Assembly (NCBI GenBank): GCA_963740315.1
Contig: CAVUDP010000001.1
Location: forward strand, 96,001-160,000
Reading direction: 5' to 3'
DNA: 64,000 bases
Source: an uncultured cyanobacterium
Lineage (GTDB): Bacteria > Cyanobacteriota > Cyanobacteriia > Cyanobacteriales > Nostocaceae
The position numbers and the translations under genes are program-made. Positions 1-11,156 of the stretch are shown here, in pieces; positions within the stretch are counted from its first letter, which is position 1, and every line of letters starts with the position of its first letter. Under the pieces are notes generated by a model, which was not told the origin of the DNA, ran no database searches, and saw nothing but the letters and a program-made list of their open reading frames with translations.

Positions 1-593
1 ACGGTAAAAAAGACAAAATATATGTAAACATGAATTGCATTAATTAAGATATTAAAGAGTAAGTATTCTATATTGTATAAATTTGCCCTCTTCTTACATG
101 GATATATTACCAGCTAAAAATACTACATCACAGCTTAATTGTTACATTTTTTTTGACAGCACGCGAACTAATAATACATAAAATGAAAAGTTACCCCCAT
201 CATTTTTGACAGGACTCAATTAACTCTCTTTTTAGTAAGAGATAATTATTGAATTGTCAGTATTTCATCTAATTAAGGTTTTTTCCACATATAATCTTTA
301 AGTTTCCATGCGTGCATGAGTACTAATTTATTGTATTGTAGGTTTATTATGTATATAAACCGGATAATTTAAAGCCATTGTTAATCCACTTTCGGAAAAA
401 TGCTTATAGTTTAATAAAATAACAATAAAGATATGTTCAACTTTATAGGTAACAATGCATTAGTAATTAGCGAACTATCGTTAAAATATCCATAGTCTAA
501 AGTGCCACAACTATGGCTTCTTTAGGGCTTTAAACTATATACTTTGAACAACCGAAAATCAAACCTTAGAACTTCAATATAGCACCGAAAGTT

Positions 594-1268
594 ATGTCCG
601 ATACCTTAAGACTAGACGAAGTAGTTGATTTCGCCGAGAACCCCGAACCTCGCTGCCCTTGCGTACTATTATTAGATACATCTGGTTCGATGCAAGGAGC
701 GCCAATAGATGCTTTAAATCAAGGCTTGCTTAGTTTTAAGGATGAACTAACTCAAAACCCATTGGCATCAAGAAGAGTCGAGGTATCTATAGTTACTTTT
801 GATAGCAATATAAATGTAGTACAAGATTTTGTGACTGCCGACCAATTTACTCCGCCTATATTAACAGCACAAGGATTAACTACTATGGGTGCTGGTATTC
901 ACAAATCTTTAGACTTGATTCAAGAACGTAAAGGTCAATATCGCTCTAATGGTGTTGCTTACTATCGTCCTTGGATATTTATGATTACCGATGGCGAGCC
1001 ACAGGGAGAACCCGATGAAGTTGTGGAGCAGGCATCAATACGCTTACAGAGTGACGAAACCAATAAACGTGTAGCCTTTTTCTCTGTAGGAGTAGAAAAT
1101 GCCAACATGAGCCGCTTAACTCAATTAACCGTGCGTACTCCTTTGAAACTGAATGGATTGAACTTTGTTGAAATGTTTGTATGGTTATCTGCTAGTATGT
1201 CAGCAGTATCTCATTCCAAAGTAGACGAACAAATAGCTCTACCACCAATTGGTTGGGGTTCTGTTTAA
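594..1268 (+). CDS. TerY/YegL-like von Willebrand factor A domain protein
   Basis: N-terminal 'NPEPRCPCVLLLDTSGSM' with MIDAS DxSxS; 'YYRPWIFMITDG'; first gene of a vWA-PP2C-kinase triad. Confidence 0.9.
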   Translation: MSDTLRLDEVVDFAENPEPRCPCVLLLDTSGSMQGAPIDALNQGLLSFKDELTQNPLASRRVEVSIVTFDSNINVVQDFVTADQFTPPILTAQGLTTMGAGIHKSLDLIQERKGQYRSNGVAYYRPWIFMITDGEPQGEPDEVVEQASIRLQSDETNKRVAFFSVGVENANMSRLTQLTVRTPLKLNGLNFVEMFVWLSASMSAVSHSKVDEQIALPPIGWGSV

Positions 1269-1315
1269 TATAGTCCAAGTACAACAATTAAACAGCCCGA
1301 AATATTGGTAAGTTT

Positions 1316-2095
1316 ATGAACACTTCAAGACAAAAGCTTCACTGGCGGGTAGTGGGTGCATCAGTGTGTGGTACTAGCCACGTAAAGAACTCTCTACTGT
1401 GTCAAGATGCCCATCACTGGCAGATGTTGCCAGATAATATATTAGTGGCTGCTGCTGCGGATGGCGCGGGGAGTGCAAGTCTTGGGAAGGTTGGAGCAAT
1501 GGTTGCTGTAGAAGCGGCAATTGAAAATATATCCAAAAAGCAGATTGACCAACATACCCTTGCTTCAGATAACTCGGCTAGGTCATTATTAAGCGAAGCA
1601 ATTTTAGCTGCAAAAACAGCAGTAGAGGAAGAAGCAATAGCTTCAAACAGACCACCTAAAGATTTATCGACAACTTTAATTGTTGTCGTAGCCACACCTA
1701 ACGTTGCTGCGGTGGCTCAAATAGGAGATGGTGTTGCAGTTGTTAAAGATAGCATGGGTAATTTAACAGCTTTAACCGTTCCTGATAGTGGGGAATACAT
1801 CAACGAAACCAGCTTTATAACCTCACCTACCGCTTTAGATTCAGTGCAAATAAATGTATGGCGACAAGGCATTACCAATATTGCAATTCTTACCGACGGG
1901 CTGCAAATGCTAGCAATTAATATGGCTGTAGGTTTACCACACAAACCGTTCTTTTTACCTTTGTTTGACTTTGTAGCGAATGCTCAAGAGTTGAAAGGGG
2001 CGAAAGAGCAGTTAGTGAAGTTTTTGCGTTCTGAAAAAATCACTCAACGTACTGATGACGATTTAACTTTAATAATAGCAGCATTAAGCGATTAA
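1316..2095 (+). CDS. PP2C-like Ser/Thr phosphatase (YegK-type, PP2C_2)
   Basis: 'SVCGTSH...CQDA', 'ADGAGSA', 'QIGDG', 'LTDG', 'TDDDLT' motifs. Confidence 0.88.
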   Translation: MNTSRQKLHWRVVGASVCGTSHVKNSLLCQDAHHWQMLPDNILVAAAADGAGSASLGKVGAMVAVEAAIENISKKQIDQHTLASDNSARSLLSEAILAAKTAVEEEAIASNRPPKDLSTTLIVVVATPNVAAVAQIGDGVAVVKDSMGNLTALTVPDSGEYINETSFITSPTALDSVQINVWRQGITNIAILTDGLQMLAINMAVGLPHKPFFLPLFDFVANAQELKGAKEQLVKFLRSEKITQRTDDDLTLIIAALSD

Positions 2096-2163
2096 TAAAT
2101 GTATTAACTTTCTTTTACGAACCGCAGTCAAATTTAAACAATAAAAAAAGTGTAATTTAGAAA

Positions 2164-4350
2164 ATGCAGGTACTACGCTGTCTTCCCGATCAACAAATTG
2201 TTCCGATGAACCTTAACGTCAGCTTGGGGCGTGGTGGTGAAGCGTGCATCTACACAGTACCATCAGATGCCGAAATAGTCGCCAAAGTTTACCACAAGCC
2301 CGATCTACAAAAGGCTCGTAAGCTAGAGGTAATGGTTCTTCACCCACCGTCCAATCCTACGGCATCTTTGGGACATATCTCGATTGCTTGGCCTTCCGAA
2401 TTAATTCGGGCAACGGATGGCAGCAATCAAATTATCGGTTTCATGATGCCTCGTATTCGGGGAATGCGTCCGGTTATCGATTTTTATAATCCGAGAACTC
2501 GCCGCCAGCATTGTCCCTTATTTAACTATCAGTACCTCATACGCACTGCTCGTAATTTGGCTGCGGCGTTTGCTGCTTTGCACCAAGCTGAATATTGTGT
2601 TGGTGATGTCAACGAATCGAATATATTAGTCAGCGATACGGCGTTGGTGACGGTGGTAGATACTGATTCGTTTCAAGTCCGAGATCCACAAACCGACATC
2701 GTTTATCGTACTCCGGTGGGTAAACCCGAATTTACCCCACCCGAACTACAGAACAAAACTTTTTCCGAGTGCGATCGCGCTATTCCCCACGACTTATTTG
2801 GGTTAGGGGTGCTGATATTTCAACTTTTAATGGAAGGTACCCATCCATTTTCTGGAATTTTCCAAAGCGTAGGCGAACCGCCACCATACGAAGCACGCAT
2901 AGCTAAAGGGCATTTTACCTACAGCGTCAATCGGCGCGTACCTTATGCTCCTACACCCATTGCACCATCTTGGGAAATTCTTCACCCCACTCTACAACAG
3001 CTTTTTGTACGTTGCTTTGAAGACGGACATAACAATCCCAACATTCGTCCCAACGCTCAAACATGGCTGCTGGCATTAGCTGAAGCTGAAGAAGCTCTGA
3101 AACGATGTCAAAAAAATCCCCAACATCTTTACAGCAATCACCTACATAAATGTCCTTGGTGCGAACGTAGTGCAAAACTGGGTGGAAGAGATCCTTTTCC
3201 ATCGCTTCAAGATGTTGCAACCAAGCAACACTTAAAACCTCGTCCCAAGGCAAAGCGGCGACGTACTACGACAACTCCAAGAAGGCGCACTGCTGCTACG
3301 GTAACAGCATCAAGACACGTTACTCATCGTCGTCATCTGCCGCAAGTCAGTCCAAACATTTCCTATTATCAGCCGAACAATAAGCCAAAATTTTATCCGG
3401 TTATCTTGTGCCTGCTTGGCTTTTTGACACTGGGCTATTTAGATATAATTACGAAATTTACAACATCGCCAGTTGAAGAAAACCAATACGCCCAGCAAAC
3501 TTTACTTAGCTCCAAATCAACTGACAGTAATAGAAGTTTTACAGATTATTACAAAGACGGTCGTGCTGCCTACAAAGGGCGAAAATATGAGGAAGCTATT
3601 ACTAATTTCGATCGGGCAATACAAAAAAATCCCGATGATGCAAAGGCTTATGTCAATCGTGGCAATTCACATTACAACTTAAAAGAATATGAAGCAGCCC
3701 TTACAGACTACACTCATGCCGTTCAATTAAATCCAAACGAAATCAAAGCTTTTGTCAATCGCGGTAACGTTCGCTATATGCTTGCCGAATATAGCAGCGA
3801 TCCTGACAAAGAATATAAATTGGCAATTGAGGACTACAATCGGGCGCTAAGAATTGACCGTGACGAGGTAGAAGCTTACATCAGACGGGGTATCGTCCGT
3901 TCTCAAATAGCTAAATTCAGCGGTGATTCCCAAAAAGATTATTTAAGAGCTATTGACGATTTTAATCGAGCATTAAAAATTAATTCTTCCAGACCAGAAG
4001 CTTTTTATCAAAGAGGTCTAGTTCGCTATCAATTAGCTCAGTATAGCAGTAACTTCGAGCAAGAATACAAGAAAGCCCTTGAAGATTTTAATCAAGCATT
4101 AAACATTAATTCCAAATTACCTAGAGTGTATTTAAAGCGAGGTTTAGTTCGTTATGAACTTGCACAGTATGGCGGAGGTGAATCTAGTACATACCGTCAG
4201 CAAGCAATAGAAGATTTACAAAAAGCAGCTAGAATTTCCCTCGAAAAAGATGATATGGATAATTATCAACAAGCACTTAGCAGCATCTGCGTTGTTGTTG
4301 ACAACAAATGCGATACTTTATTTCAGAAAACCAGCGTCATAGCGCAATAA
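2164..4350 (+). CDS. YegI-like Ser/Thr kinase with a transmembrane helix and C-terminal TPR repeats
   Basis: GRGGEA Gly loop, VAKVY, GDVNESN, DTDS, PEFTPPE; CPWC motif; hydrophobic FYPVILCLLGFLTLGYL; repeated AYxNRG/AIEDYNRAL TPRs. Confidence 0.88.
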   Translation: MQVLRCLPDQQIVPMNLNVSLGRGGEACIYTVPSDAEIVAKVYHKPDLQKARKLEVMVLHPPSNPTASLGHISIAWPSELIRATDGSNQIIGFMMPRIRGMRPVIDFYNPRTRRQHCPLFNYQYLIRTARNLAAAFAALHQAEYCVGDVNESNILVSDTALVTVVDTDSFQVRDPQTDIVYRTPVGKPEFTPPELQNKTFSECDRAIPHDLFGLGVLIFQLLMEGTHPFSGIFQSVGEPPPYEARIAKGHFTYSVNRRVPYAPTPIAPSWEILHPTLQQLFVRCFEDGHNNPNIRPNAQTWLLALAEAEEALKRCQKNPQHLYSNHLHKCPWCERSAKLGGRDPFPSLQDVATKQHLKPRPKAKRRRTTTTPRRRTAATVTASRHVTHRRHLPQVSPNISYYQPNNKPKFYPVILCLLGFLTLGYLDIITKFTTSPVEENQYAQQTLLSSKSTDSNRSFTDYYKDGRAAYKGRKYEEAITNFDRAIQKNPDDAKAYVNRGNSHYNLKEYEAALTDYTHAVQLNPNEIKAFVNRGNVRYMLAEYSSDPDKEYKLAIEDYNRALRIDRDEVEAYIRRGIVRSQIAKFSGDSQKDYLRAIDDFNRALKINSSRPEAFYQRGLVRYQLAQYSSNFEQEYKKALEDFNQALNINSKLPRVYLKRGLVRYELAQYGGGESSTYRQQAIEDLQKAARISLEKDDMDNYQQALSSICVVVDNKCDTLFQKTSVIAQ

Positions 4351-4456
4351 CAGCGATCGCTCGGATATAGAATAATTTTTATTGTTATTAACTGATACAT
4401 TAATATGGTTAAAGTTGATAATTAATAATAGGAAATTAGGTAATCTTTTTATTCAA

Positions 4457-4510
4457 TTAATTAGCGCGGATACGATGTTATTTCGTATCCGCGCTAATTA
4501 ACTTTTCTTT
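4457..4510 (+). terminator. Intrinsic terminator after the kinase gene
   Basis: Perfect 19-bp arms ttaattagcgcggatacga / tcgtatccgcgctaattaa followed by cttttcttt. Confidence 0.75.
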
Positions 4511-5704
4511 GGTTCTCAGTTTAATCTAATAAAAAATAGATTTATAGTGCTATTCCCTTTCTCTGCTTACTCTGCGTCTAGTAAGGTTTTTTGAACGGTA
4601 ATTTTTGAGCGGGATAGAAGTAAGTACGTATTAAAAACCTTAAATCGGGGAAGGATCTGGTTATACCTGTCGCATTATTGATTAAAAACCATTAAAGTTC
4701 AATCGGATAAGTACGTCGCCGCCCTCAAATTGTAATTATGACGAGGGAATAGGCAGTAGGGGTAAAGCTATAAAAATATTTTAAACAAATACGATCCAAA
4801 ACTCTTATTCCCGCTTTTTTTCAGAGGGTAGAGGGTTCCGGTTCCATGATTATCTCTTCTTATTTCAAGTTCTGATAAACACTTATATTTTACTTGTTGA
4901 AATATGTACTTTTGTTTACACCCATTTTGTAAGAGTACTAAGTAAAATAAGCTGGATAGATTTACTACATTATTTGATTCCCTGTTATTTATTACTTACT
5001 ATATTGTTTGCGATCGCATCGTAATTATGCAAAAATGCTTTATTTACTGGTTTGTTCTTATCTGCTATACCGTAACAATACTTCTTACTTGGAATATAGG
5101 CAAAACTGACGTTCAAATAGTTGAGACTAATCAATTTAAAACTTCTGCTCTAAAATTGTTCGGAACGAAAGTGACAAATAAATATAGAGTCGTTTCGCAC
5201 ATCCGATTATTCTTTAAACGTGCGAACAAAATAGAGCATATCAAGGGTATTAGGGCGAAAATAAGCTCAAAACCTATATTTACACAAGAAAAGAGATTTT
5301 TCAATTTAATTTTTTGCAGAGAATAATACGTAAGAATCCGAACTTGATATAATAACTATTTAAACAAGCACCGTAGAAAATTTATCCACAACTTATAGAT
5401 TAATTTTATATATTTTATATATCAAATTATTTTTATATAACTTTATTTGCACTTAGCTTTATTAAAACAAATAAACTTATTTGATGCGTTTTTTTCTGGT
5501 AAAATTAAAAGTTTTGAATTGTCCTTTTGTCGTAAAATCAAGCTTTTTCATTTTTTCACAGACAAAACAGCTATATTTATCTACCCTTTACAATTTACAG
5601 TAAAAATACGGTTAGATTGTATACTGAGAAATCAAAAGCTTTTCTCAAATTGAATCATCAGAGAATTATTCAATCATCTACCTACAAAATTAGAGGCAGT
5701 TTTT

Positions 5705-6478
5705 ATGAAAGCAGTAATTTTGGCTGGAGGTCTTGGTACGCGCTTAAGTGAAGAAACTAGCGTTAGACCTAAGCCGATGGTAGAAATTGGTGGTAAGCCA
5801 ATTCTTTGGCACATCATGAAAATTTATTCTGCACACGGTATTAATGACTTTATTATCTGCTGTGGTTATAAAGGATACGTGATTAAGGAGTATTTTGCTA
5901 ACTACTTCTTACATATGTCGGACGTAACCTTTGATATGCGGTTTAACCAAATGAACGTACATTCTGGTTATGCCGAACCTTGGCGCGTCACCTTGGTAGA
6001 TACAGGCGATAATACTTTGACAGGCGGACGATTAAAGCGAGTCAGAGAGCATATTGGTAACGAAACTTTTTGCTTTACTTACGGTGATGGCGTTAGTAAC
6101 GTAAATATCACCAACCTCATAAAATTCCATAAAGAACAAAAAACTTTAGCAACTTTAAGCGCAGTACAGCCACCAGGACGTTTTGGTGCCATTGTTCTAG
6201 GACAAGAGCAAACTAAGATTACTAACTTCCGAGAAAAACCAGAAGGAGACAACGCTTGGATTAATGGTGGTTTTTTTGTATTAGAACCTCAAGTAATTGA
6301 TTTTATTGAAGGTGACTCTACTATTTGGGAAAAAGAACCATTAGAAAAGCTGGCTGACATGGAACAGCTATCTGCTTACAAACATGATGGCTTTTGGCAA
6401 CCAATGGATACTTTACGAGATAAAAAATATTTAGAAAACTTTTGGAAGAGTGACGAAGCTCCTTGGAAGGTTTGGTAA
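5705..6478 (+). CDS. rfbF: Glucose-1-phosphate cytidylyltransferase
   Basis: [42 protein letters not shown]. Confidence 0.95.
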   Translation: MKAVILAGGLGTRLSEETSVRPKPMVEIGGKPILWHIMKIYSAHGINDFIICCGYKGYVIKEYFANYFLHMSDVTFDMRFNQMNVHSGYAEPWRVTLVDTGDNTLTGGRLKRVREHIGNETFCFTYGDGVSNVNITNLIKFHKEQKTLATLSAVQPPGRFGAIVLGQEQTKITNFREKPEGDNAWINGGFFVLEPQVIDFIEGDSTIWEKEPLEKLADMEQLSAYKHDGFWQPMDTLRDKKYLENFWKSDEAPWKVW

Positions 6479-6584
6479 ATAACGGTTGAGCTATAAGTTA
6501 TGGGTTCTTAATGATAAACTCGTAACTTTTCACTTCAAATTCAAAATTTTGATTACTTTAGTTACAGGGGAGCCGATTTAAAAA

Positions 6585-7802
6585 ATGTATGATTTCGCAA
6601 TTATAGGTGGGGGTATAGTCGGTCTTTCTACCAGCATGGCTTTAGCAGAACGCTATCCACAAGCAAGAATTTTGGTTTTGGAAAAAGAAAACCAAGTAGC
6701 GTTTCACCAAACTGGTAATAATAGCGGTGTGATTCACTCAGGTATTTATTATAAACCTGGTAGCTTCAAAGCTAAGTTTTCCCGCGATGGTTGTCGTTCG
6801 ATGGTGCAATTTTGCCAGGAACACAACATTGACCATGAAGTCTGCGGTAAAGTTATTGTGGCAACTTCTGCTGAAGAACTTCCTCGTTTAGAAAACCTTT
6901 ACAAGCGAGGCTTGGAAAATGGTTTAGATGTAAAAAGAATTACCAGTGAAGAAGTTAAAGAAATTGAACCCCACGTAGCCAGTGTTGCTGGAATTTGGGT
7001 AGCATCAACTGGAATTGTTAATTATAAGCAAGTTTGCCAGAAATACGCTGAAATTATTCTAAAAGGCGGCGGCGAAATCAAATTCAACACTAAAGTTGAA
7101 AAAATAGTTAGTAGCGGTAAAAATTGGGTTTTAGAAACCTCGGACGGCAGTTTTGAAACTCATTTCGTAATCAACTGCGCCGGATTGTATTCCGACCGTG
7201 TAGCCAAATTAGGTAACGTCGATCCCCAAGCCAAGATTATACCTTTTCGGGGTGAATATTACGAACTGACTCCGGAAAAACGTCATTTGGTTAAAGGTTT
7301 AATTTATCCAGTTCCCAACCCAGATTTTCCCTTCCTTGGCGTTCACTTCACCCGGATGATAGACGGTACCGTTCACGCCGGACCAAACGCGGTACTTAGT
7401 ATGAAGCGTGAAGGTTATAAAAAAACAGATTTTAATTTAGGCGATTTTGCGGAAGTAATGAGTTATCCAGGCTTCTGGAAATTAGCAGCGAAACACTCAA
7501 ATGAAGGAATCAAGGAAATTATTCGATCCTTTAGTAAAGCAGCCTTTGTGAAAAGTATGCAAAAGCTGATCCCTGAAGTTACAGCGTCCGATGTAGTTCC
7601 TACCCACGCCGGAGTTCGCGCTCAGGCTTTGATGAACGACGGTAAATTAGTAGACGACTTTTTGATTGTCAAAGGTCAAAACTCCGTTCATGTGTGCAAC
7701 GCTCCTTCTCCGGCAGCTACTTCTTCTATCGAAATTGGTAAAGCTGTAGCCGCAGAAATTCCAGAACAACTACATCTGAAATTAGCGGCAGTTAATTGCT
7801 AA
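6585..7802 (+). CDS. lhgO: L-2-hydroxyglutarate oxidase-family FAD oxidoreductase
   Basis: GGGIVG, HQTGNNSGVIHSGIYY, PFLGVHFT, AGVRAQA, NAPSPAATSS. Confidence 0.9.
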   Translation: MYDFAIIGGGIVGLSTSMALAERYPQARILVLEKENQVAFHQTGNNSGVIHSGIYYKPGSFKAKFSRDGCRSMVQFCQEHNIDHEVCGKVIVATSAEELPRLENLYKRGLENGLDVKRITSEEVKEIEPHVASVAGIWVASTGIVNYKQVCQKYAEIILKGGGEIKFNTKVEKIVSSGKNWVLETSDGSFETHFVINCAGLYSDRVAKLGNVDPQAKIIPFRGEYYELTPEKRHLVKGLIYPVPNPDFPFLGVHFTRMIDGTVHAGPNAVLSMKREGYKKTDFNLGDFAEVMSYPGFWKLAAKHSNEGIKEIIRSFSKAAFVKSMQKLIPEVTASDVVPTHAGVRAQALMNDGKLVDDFLIVKGQNSVHVCNAPSPAATSSIEIGKAVAAEIPEQLHLKLAAVNC

Positions 7803-7855
7803 TAGATTCGTAAAAAATCTCAATCCGAATGATAAATAATTAATAGGAGTTATTG

Positions 7856-8887
7856 ATGATGAAAATTCTCGTTACTGGTACAGAAGGTTATCTCGGTTGT
7901 TTGTTAGCTCCCTTATTAATAGAAAAGGGACATGAAGTAATTGGTGTAGACACTGGCTATTATAAAAATGGCTGGTTGTACAACGGTACCCAAACTACCG
8001 CTAAAACTTTAAATAAAGATATCCGCCATATCACCTTGGAGGATTTACAAGGTGTGGAAGCTATAGTTCACATGGCTGAACTATCCAACGATCCAACCGG
8101 ACAATTATCACCAACTATTACTTACGATATCAATCATGTAGGTTCGGTTCGTCTTGCTAAGCTAGCGAAACAAGCGGGTGTACGTCGCTTCGTATATATG
8201 TCTTCCTGTAGCGTTTATGGTGTTGCTACTGAGGGTGATGTTACCGAGGAATCCCCGGTTAACCCGCAAACTGCTTATGCAGAATGCAAAACTATGGTAG
8301 AAAGAGATGTCAAACCGCTCGCCAGCGATGATTTTTCCCCTACCTTTATGCGAAATGCAACTGCTTTCGGTGCTTCCCCAAGAATGCGTTTTGATATTGT
8401 TTTAAATAACTTAGCTGGTTTGGCATGGACTACCAAAGAAATCAAAATGACCAGCGATGGTACCCCTTGGCGACCTTTAGTTCATGCTCTAGATATTTCT
8501 AAAGCTATTATTTGTGCTTTGGAAGCTCCTCGCGACATCGTACACAACCAAATATTTAACGTCGGAGATACTGCTAATAATTATCGAGTTAAGCAAATAG
8601 CTGAATTTGTTGCCCAAGCATTTCCTGGATGTAAATTGAGCTTTGGCGATAACGCTTCCGATAATCGCAGCTATCGAGTATCTTTTGCAAAAATCAATAC
8701 TGTTTTACCTGGTTTTAAATGCGATTGGGATGCACGTTTGGGAGCCAAACAGTTATTTGATGTTTTTAGTCAAATTGATATGAGTGAGGAAACATTTTTC
8801 TCTAGAGGCTTTACCCGTTTGAAGCAATTAGAATATTTGATTCGCACCCAACAAATCGACAAAGATTTCTTTTGGGCTAAGCAGTAA
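7856..8887 (+). CDS. NAD-dependent epimerase/dehydratase (extended SDR)
   Basis: VTGTEGYLG, SSCSVYG, YAECK; AGGAG RBS before ATG 7856. Confidence 0.9.
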   Translation: MMKILVTGTEGYLGCLLAPLLIEKGHEVIGVDTGYYKNGWLYNGTQTTAKTLNKDIRHITLEDLQGVEAIVHMAELSNDPTGQLSPTITYDINHVGSVRLAKLAKQAGVRRFVYMSSCSVYGVATEGDVTEESPVNPQTAYAECKTMVERDVKPLASDDFSPTFMRNATAFGASPRMRFDIVLNNLAGLAWTTKEIKMTSDGTPWRPLVHALDISKAIICALEAPRDIVHNQIFNVGDTANNYRVKQIAEFVAQAFPGCKLSFGDNASDNRSYRVSFAKINTVLPGFKCDWDARLGAKQLFDVFSQIDMSEETFFSRGFTRLKQLEYLIRTQQIDKDFFWAKQ

Positions 8888-8987
8888 AAATACTAGTCTC
8901 ATATATTTTATCTAAATAAAACAGGCACGGGTATTTACTTAACCGTACCCAAACATCCAAAAATCAAATCATTCTCCAACCGTTGCC

Positions 8988-9539
8988 ATGATTTTTACCG
9001 AAACCGAACTTCAAGGATCTTACACCATCGATTTAGAAGAAAAGCACGATACTCGTGGCTTTTTTGCTCGTACTTTTTGCGCCAAAGAACTCGAAGCGCA
9101 TGGTTTAAAGCCAGTAGTTGCTCAATGTAATTTATCCTTTAACCACAAAAAAGGTACTTTGCGGGGGATGCACTATCAAGTAGATCCAGCTGCCGAAACA
9201 AAAATAGTTCGCTGTACTAAAGGTGCTATTTACGACGTAATTATTGATATGCGTCCCGAATCCCCTACTTATTTACAGCATTTCGGTGTCGAATTATCGG
9301 CAGATAACCACCGTGCTTTATACGTACCGGAAATGTTTGCTCACGGCTACCAAGCACTGACTGATGGCTGTGAAGTTATGTACATGGTGGGTGAATTTTA
9401 TACCCCTGGATACGAGAAGGGTTTGCGTTATGACGACCCATTTTTTAACATCCAATGGCCCCTCGAAGCAACAGAAATGTCTGAAAAAGATACTAAGTGG
9501 CCCTTAATGAGAATGATGAGCGTTGGTAATGCTTCCTAA
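8988..9539 (+). CDS. rfbC: dTDP-4-dehydrorhamnose 3,5-epimerase family protein
   Basis: DTRGFFAR, GTLRGMHYQ, FAHGYQAL. Confidence 0.9.
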   Translation: MIFTETELQGSYTIDLEEKHDTRGFFARTFCAKELEAHGLKPVVAQCNLSFNHKKGTLRGMHYQVDPAAETKIVRCTKGAIYDVIIDMRPESPTYLQHFGVELSADNHRALYVPEMFAHGYQALTDGCEVMYMVGEFYTPGYEKGLRYDDPFFNIQWPLEATEMSEKDTKWPLMRMMSVGNAS

Positions 9540-9667
9540 GCGATTTATCGACAAATTTATACAATGCCGAAATCTGTTAATTAGTTCAAATTTTCGGCAT
9601 TGCGATCGCTATTTACGTACAAGAAAGTTATTGCTCAAACCAGGATATCTAAACAGGAGTTAAATTT

Positions 9668-10978
9668 ATGATTATTATAGACAACGCTTTAAAAAAACGT
9701 GCCGAAGCCGGAAACCCAGTAAAAGTAGCAATGATTGGTGCGGGTTTTATGGGTAGAGGAATTGCCAATCAAATTGCTAATTCCGTTCCTGGAATGGAGT
9801 TGGTAGCGATTTCCAATCGTAATGTAGATGCTGCGAAAAGAGCTTATACGGAAGCGGGAATCGAAAACATTAAAGAAATTTCCAATGTAACTGATTTGGA
9901 AGATGCCGTTAAAAAAGGTGAATACGCAGTAACTGACGATGCGATGTTGCTGTGTCGTGCCGAAGGTATTGAAGCAATTATCGAAGTCACCGGGGCGATT
10001 GAATTTGGCGCTCATGTTGTGATGGAAGCGATCGCACATCGCAAGCATATCATTATGATGAATGCCGAACTAGACGGTACTATTGGCTCTATTTTGAAAG
10101 TTTATGCCGATAAAGCTGGAGTTATCCTTTCAGCTTGCGATGGCGACCAACCGGGGGTAGAAATGAACCTCTATCGGTTTGTCAAGAGTATTGGTTTAAC
10201 CCCATTATTATGCGGAAACATCAAAGGATTGCAAGACCCCTATCGCAATCCGACTACCCAAGAAGCATTTGCCAAACGTTGGGGACAAAAACCTCACATG
10301 GTAACTAGCTTCGCCGATGGTAGTAAAATTTCCTTCGAGCAGGCGATCGTTGCTAACGCCACGGGAATGAAAGTTGCTCAACGAGGAATGCTGGGATACG
10401 ACTTCAAAGGTCATGTTGATGAAATGACTTCGATGTATGATGTAGAACAACTTAAGCAACTCGGTGGTATTGTTGATTACGTTGTAGGTGCTAAGCCCGG
10501 TCCGGGAGTATTCGTTTTTGCTACTCACGACGACCCCAAACAGCAACACTATTTGAACCTATATAAATTAGGCGAAGGTCCTCTTTACAGCTTTTATACC
10601 CCTTATCATCTGTGTCACTTTGAAGTACCTCTCTCAGTAGCTCGTGCCGTACTATTCGGCGATGCTGTAATGAGTCCTTTAGGAGGTCCCCTTGTAGATG
10701 TGGTAGCCACCGCTAAAATTAATCTTAAAGCTGGGGATACTATTGATGGAATTGGCTACTATATGACCTACGGAGAATGTGAAAACTCCGAAATTGTGCG
10801 CGAACAAAACCTCTTACCAATGGGATTAGCTGAAGGATGCCGTTTAAAACGAGACATTCCCAAAGATCGAGTTCTCACTTACGATGACGTAGAATTACCA
10901 CAAGGTAGACTTTGCGACAAATTGCGAAAAGAACAAAACGCTTTCTTTGCTCCATCTAAAACCTTGGCAATAGCTTGA
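9668..10978 (+). CDS. NAD(P)-dependent oxidoreductase, homoserine-dehydrogenase-like, with C-terminal SAF domain
   Basis: GAGFMG Rossmann motif, DGDQPG, YTPYHLCHFE, C-terminal LPMGLAEG..LKRDI..LTYDDV. Confidence 0.85.
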   Translation: MIIIDNALKKRAEAGNPVKVAMIGAGFMGRGIANQIANSVPGMELVAISNRNVDAAKRAYTEAGIENIKEISNVTDLEDAVKKGEYAVTDDAMLLCRAEGIEAIIEVTGAIEFGAHVVMEAIAHRKHIIMMNAELDGTIGSILKVYADKAGVILSACDGDQPGVEMNLYRFVKSIGLTPLLCGNIKGLQDPYRNPTTQEAFAKRWGQKPHMVTSFADGSKISFEQAIVANATGMKVAQRGMLGYDFKGHVDEMTSMYDVEQLKQLGGIVDYVVGAKPGPGVFVFATHDDPKQQHYLNLYKLGEGPLYSFYTPYHLCHFEVPLSVARAVLFGDAVMSPLGGPLVDVVATAKINLKAGDTIDGIGYYMTYGECENSEIVREQNLLPMGLAEGCRLKRDIPKDRVLTYDDVELPQGRLCDKLRKEQNAFFAPSKTLAIA

Positions 10979-11156
10979 TCGAATAATCTTTTTTATAACT
11001 CAGTTATATCGGTTGACCTAAGTAGCGTAGAACAAATAAGTTGTGTAGTGAAGAGTGTTCCTCAACTGAAGTATATTGAGAAATTCTTCATTGCACAACA
11101 TTCAACTTCTTTTATTTAGTTAAAACTTTATCTAGCTTTGCCAGAAGCATTTATTT

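Noticed and set aside
359..364. ACCGGA (and TCCGGA near 40449) as DIF1 heterocyst promoter motifs
   Set aside because: Single hexamers without TSS data are expected by chance.
5027..5653. ORFs 5027-5326 and 5447-5653
   Set aside because: AT-rich, no recognisable motifs; probably the regulatory region upstream of rfbF.
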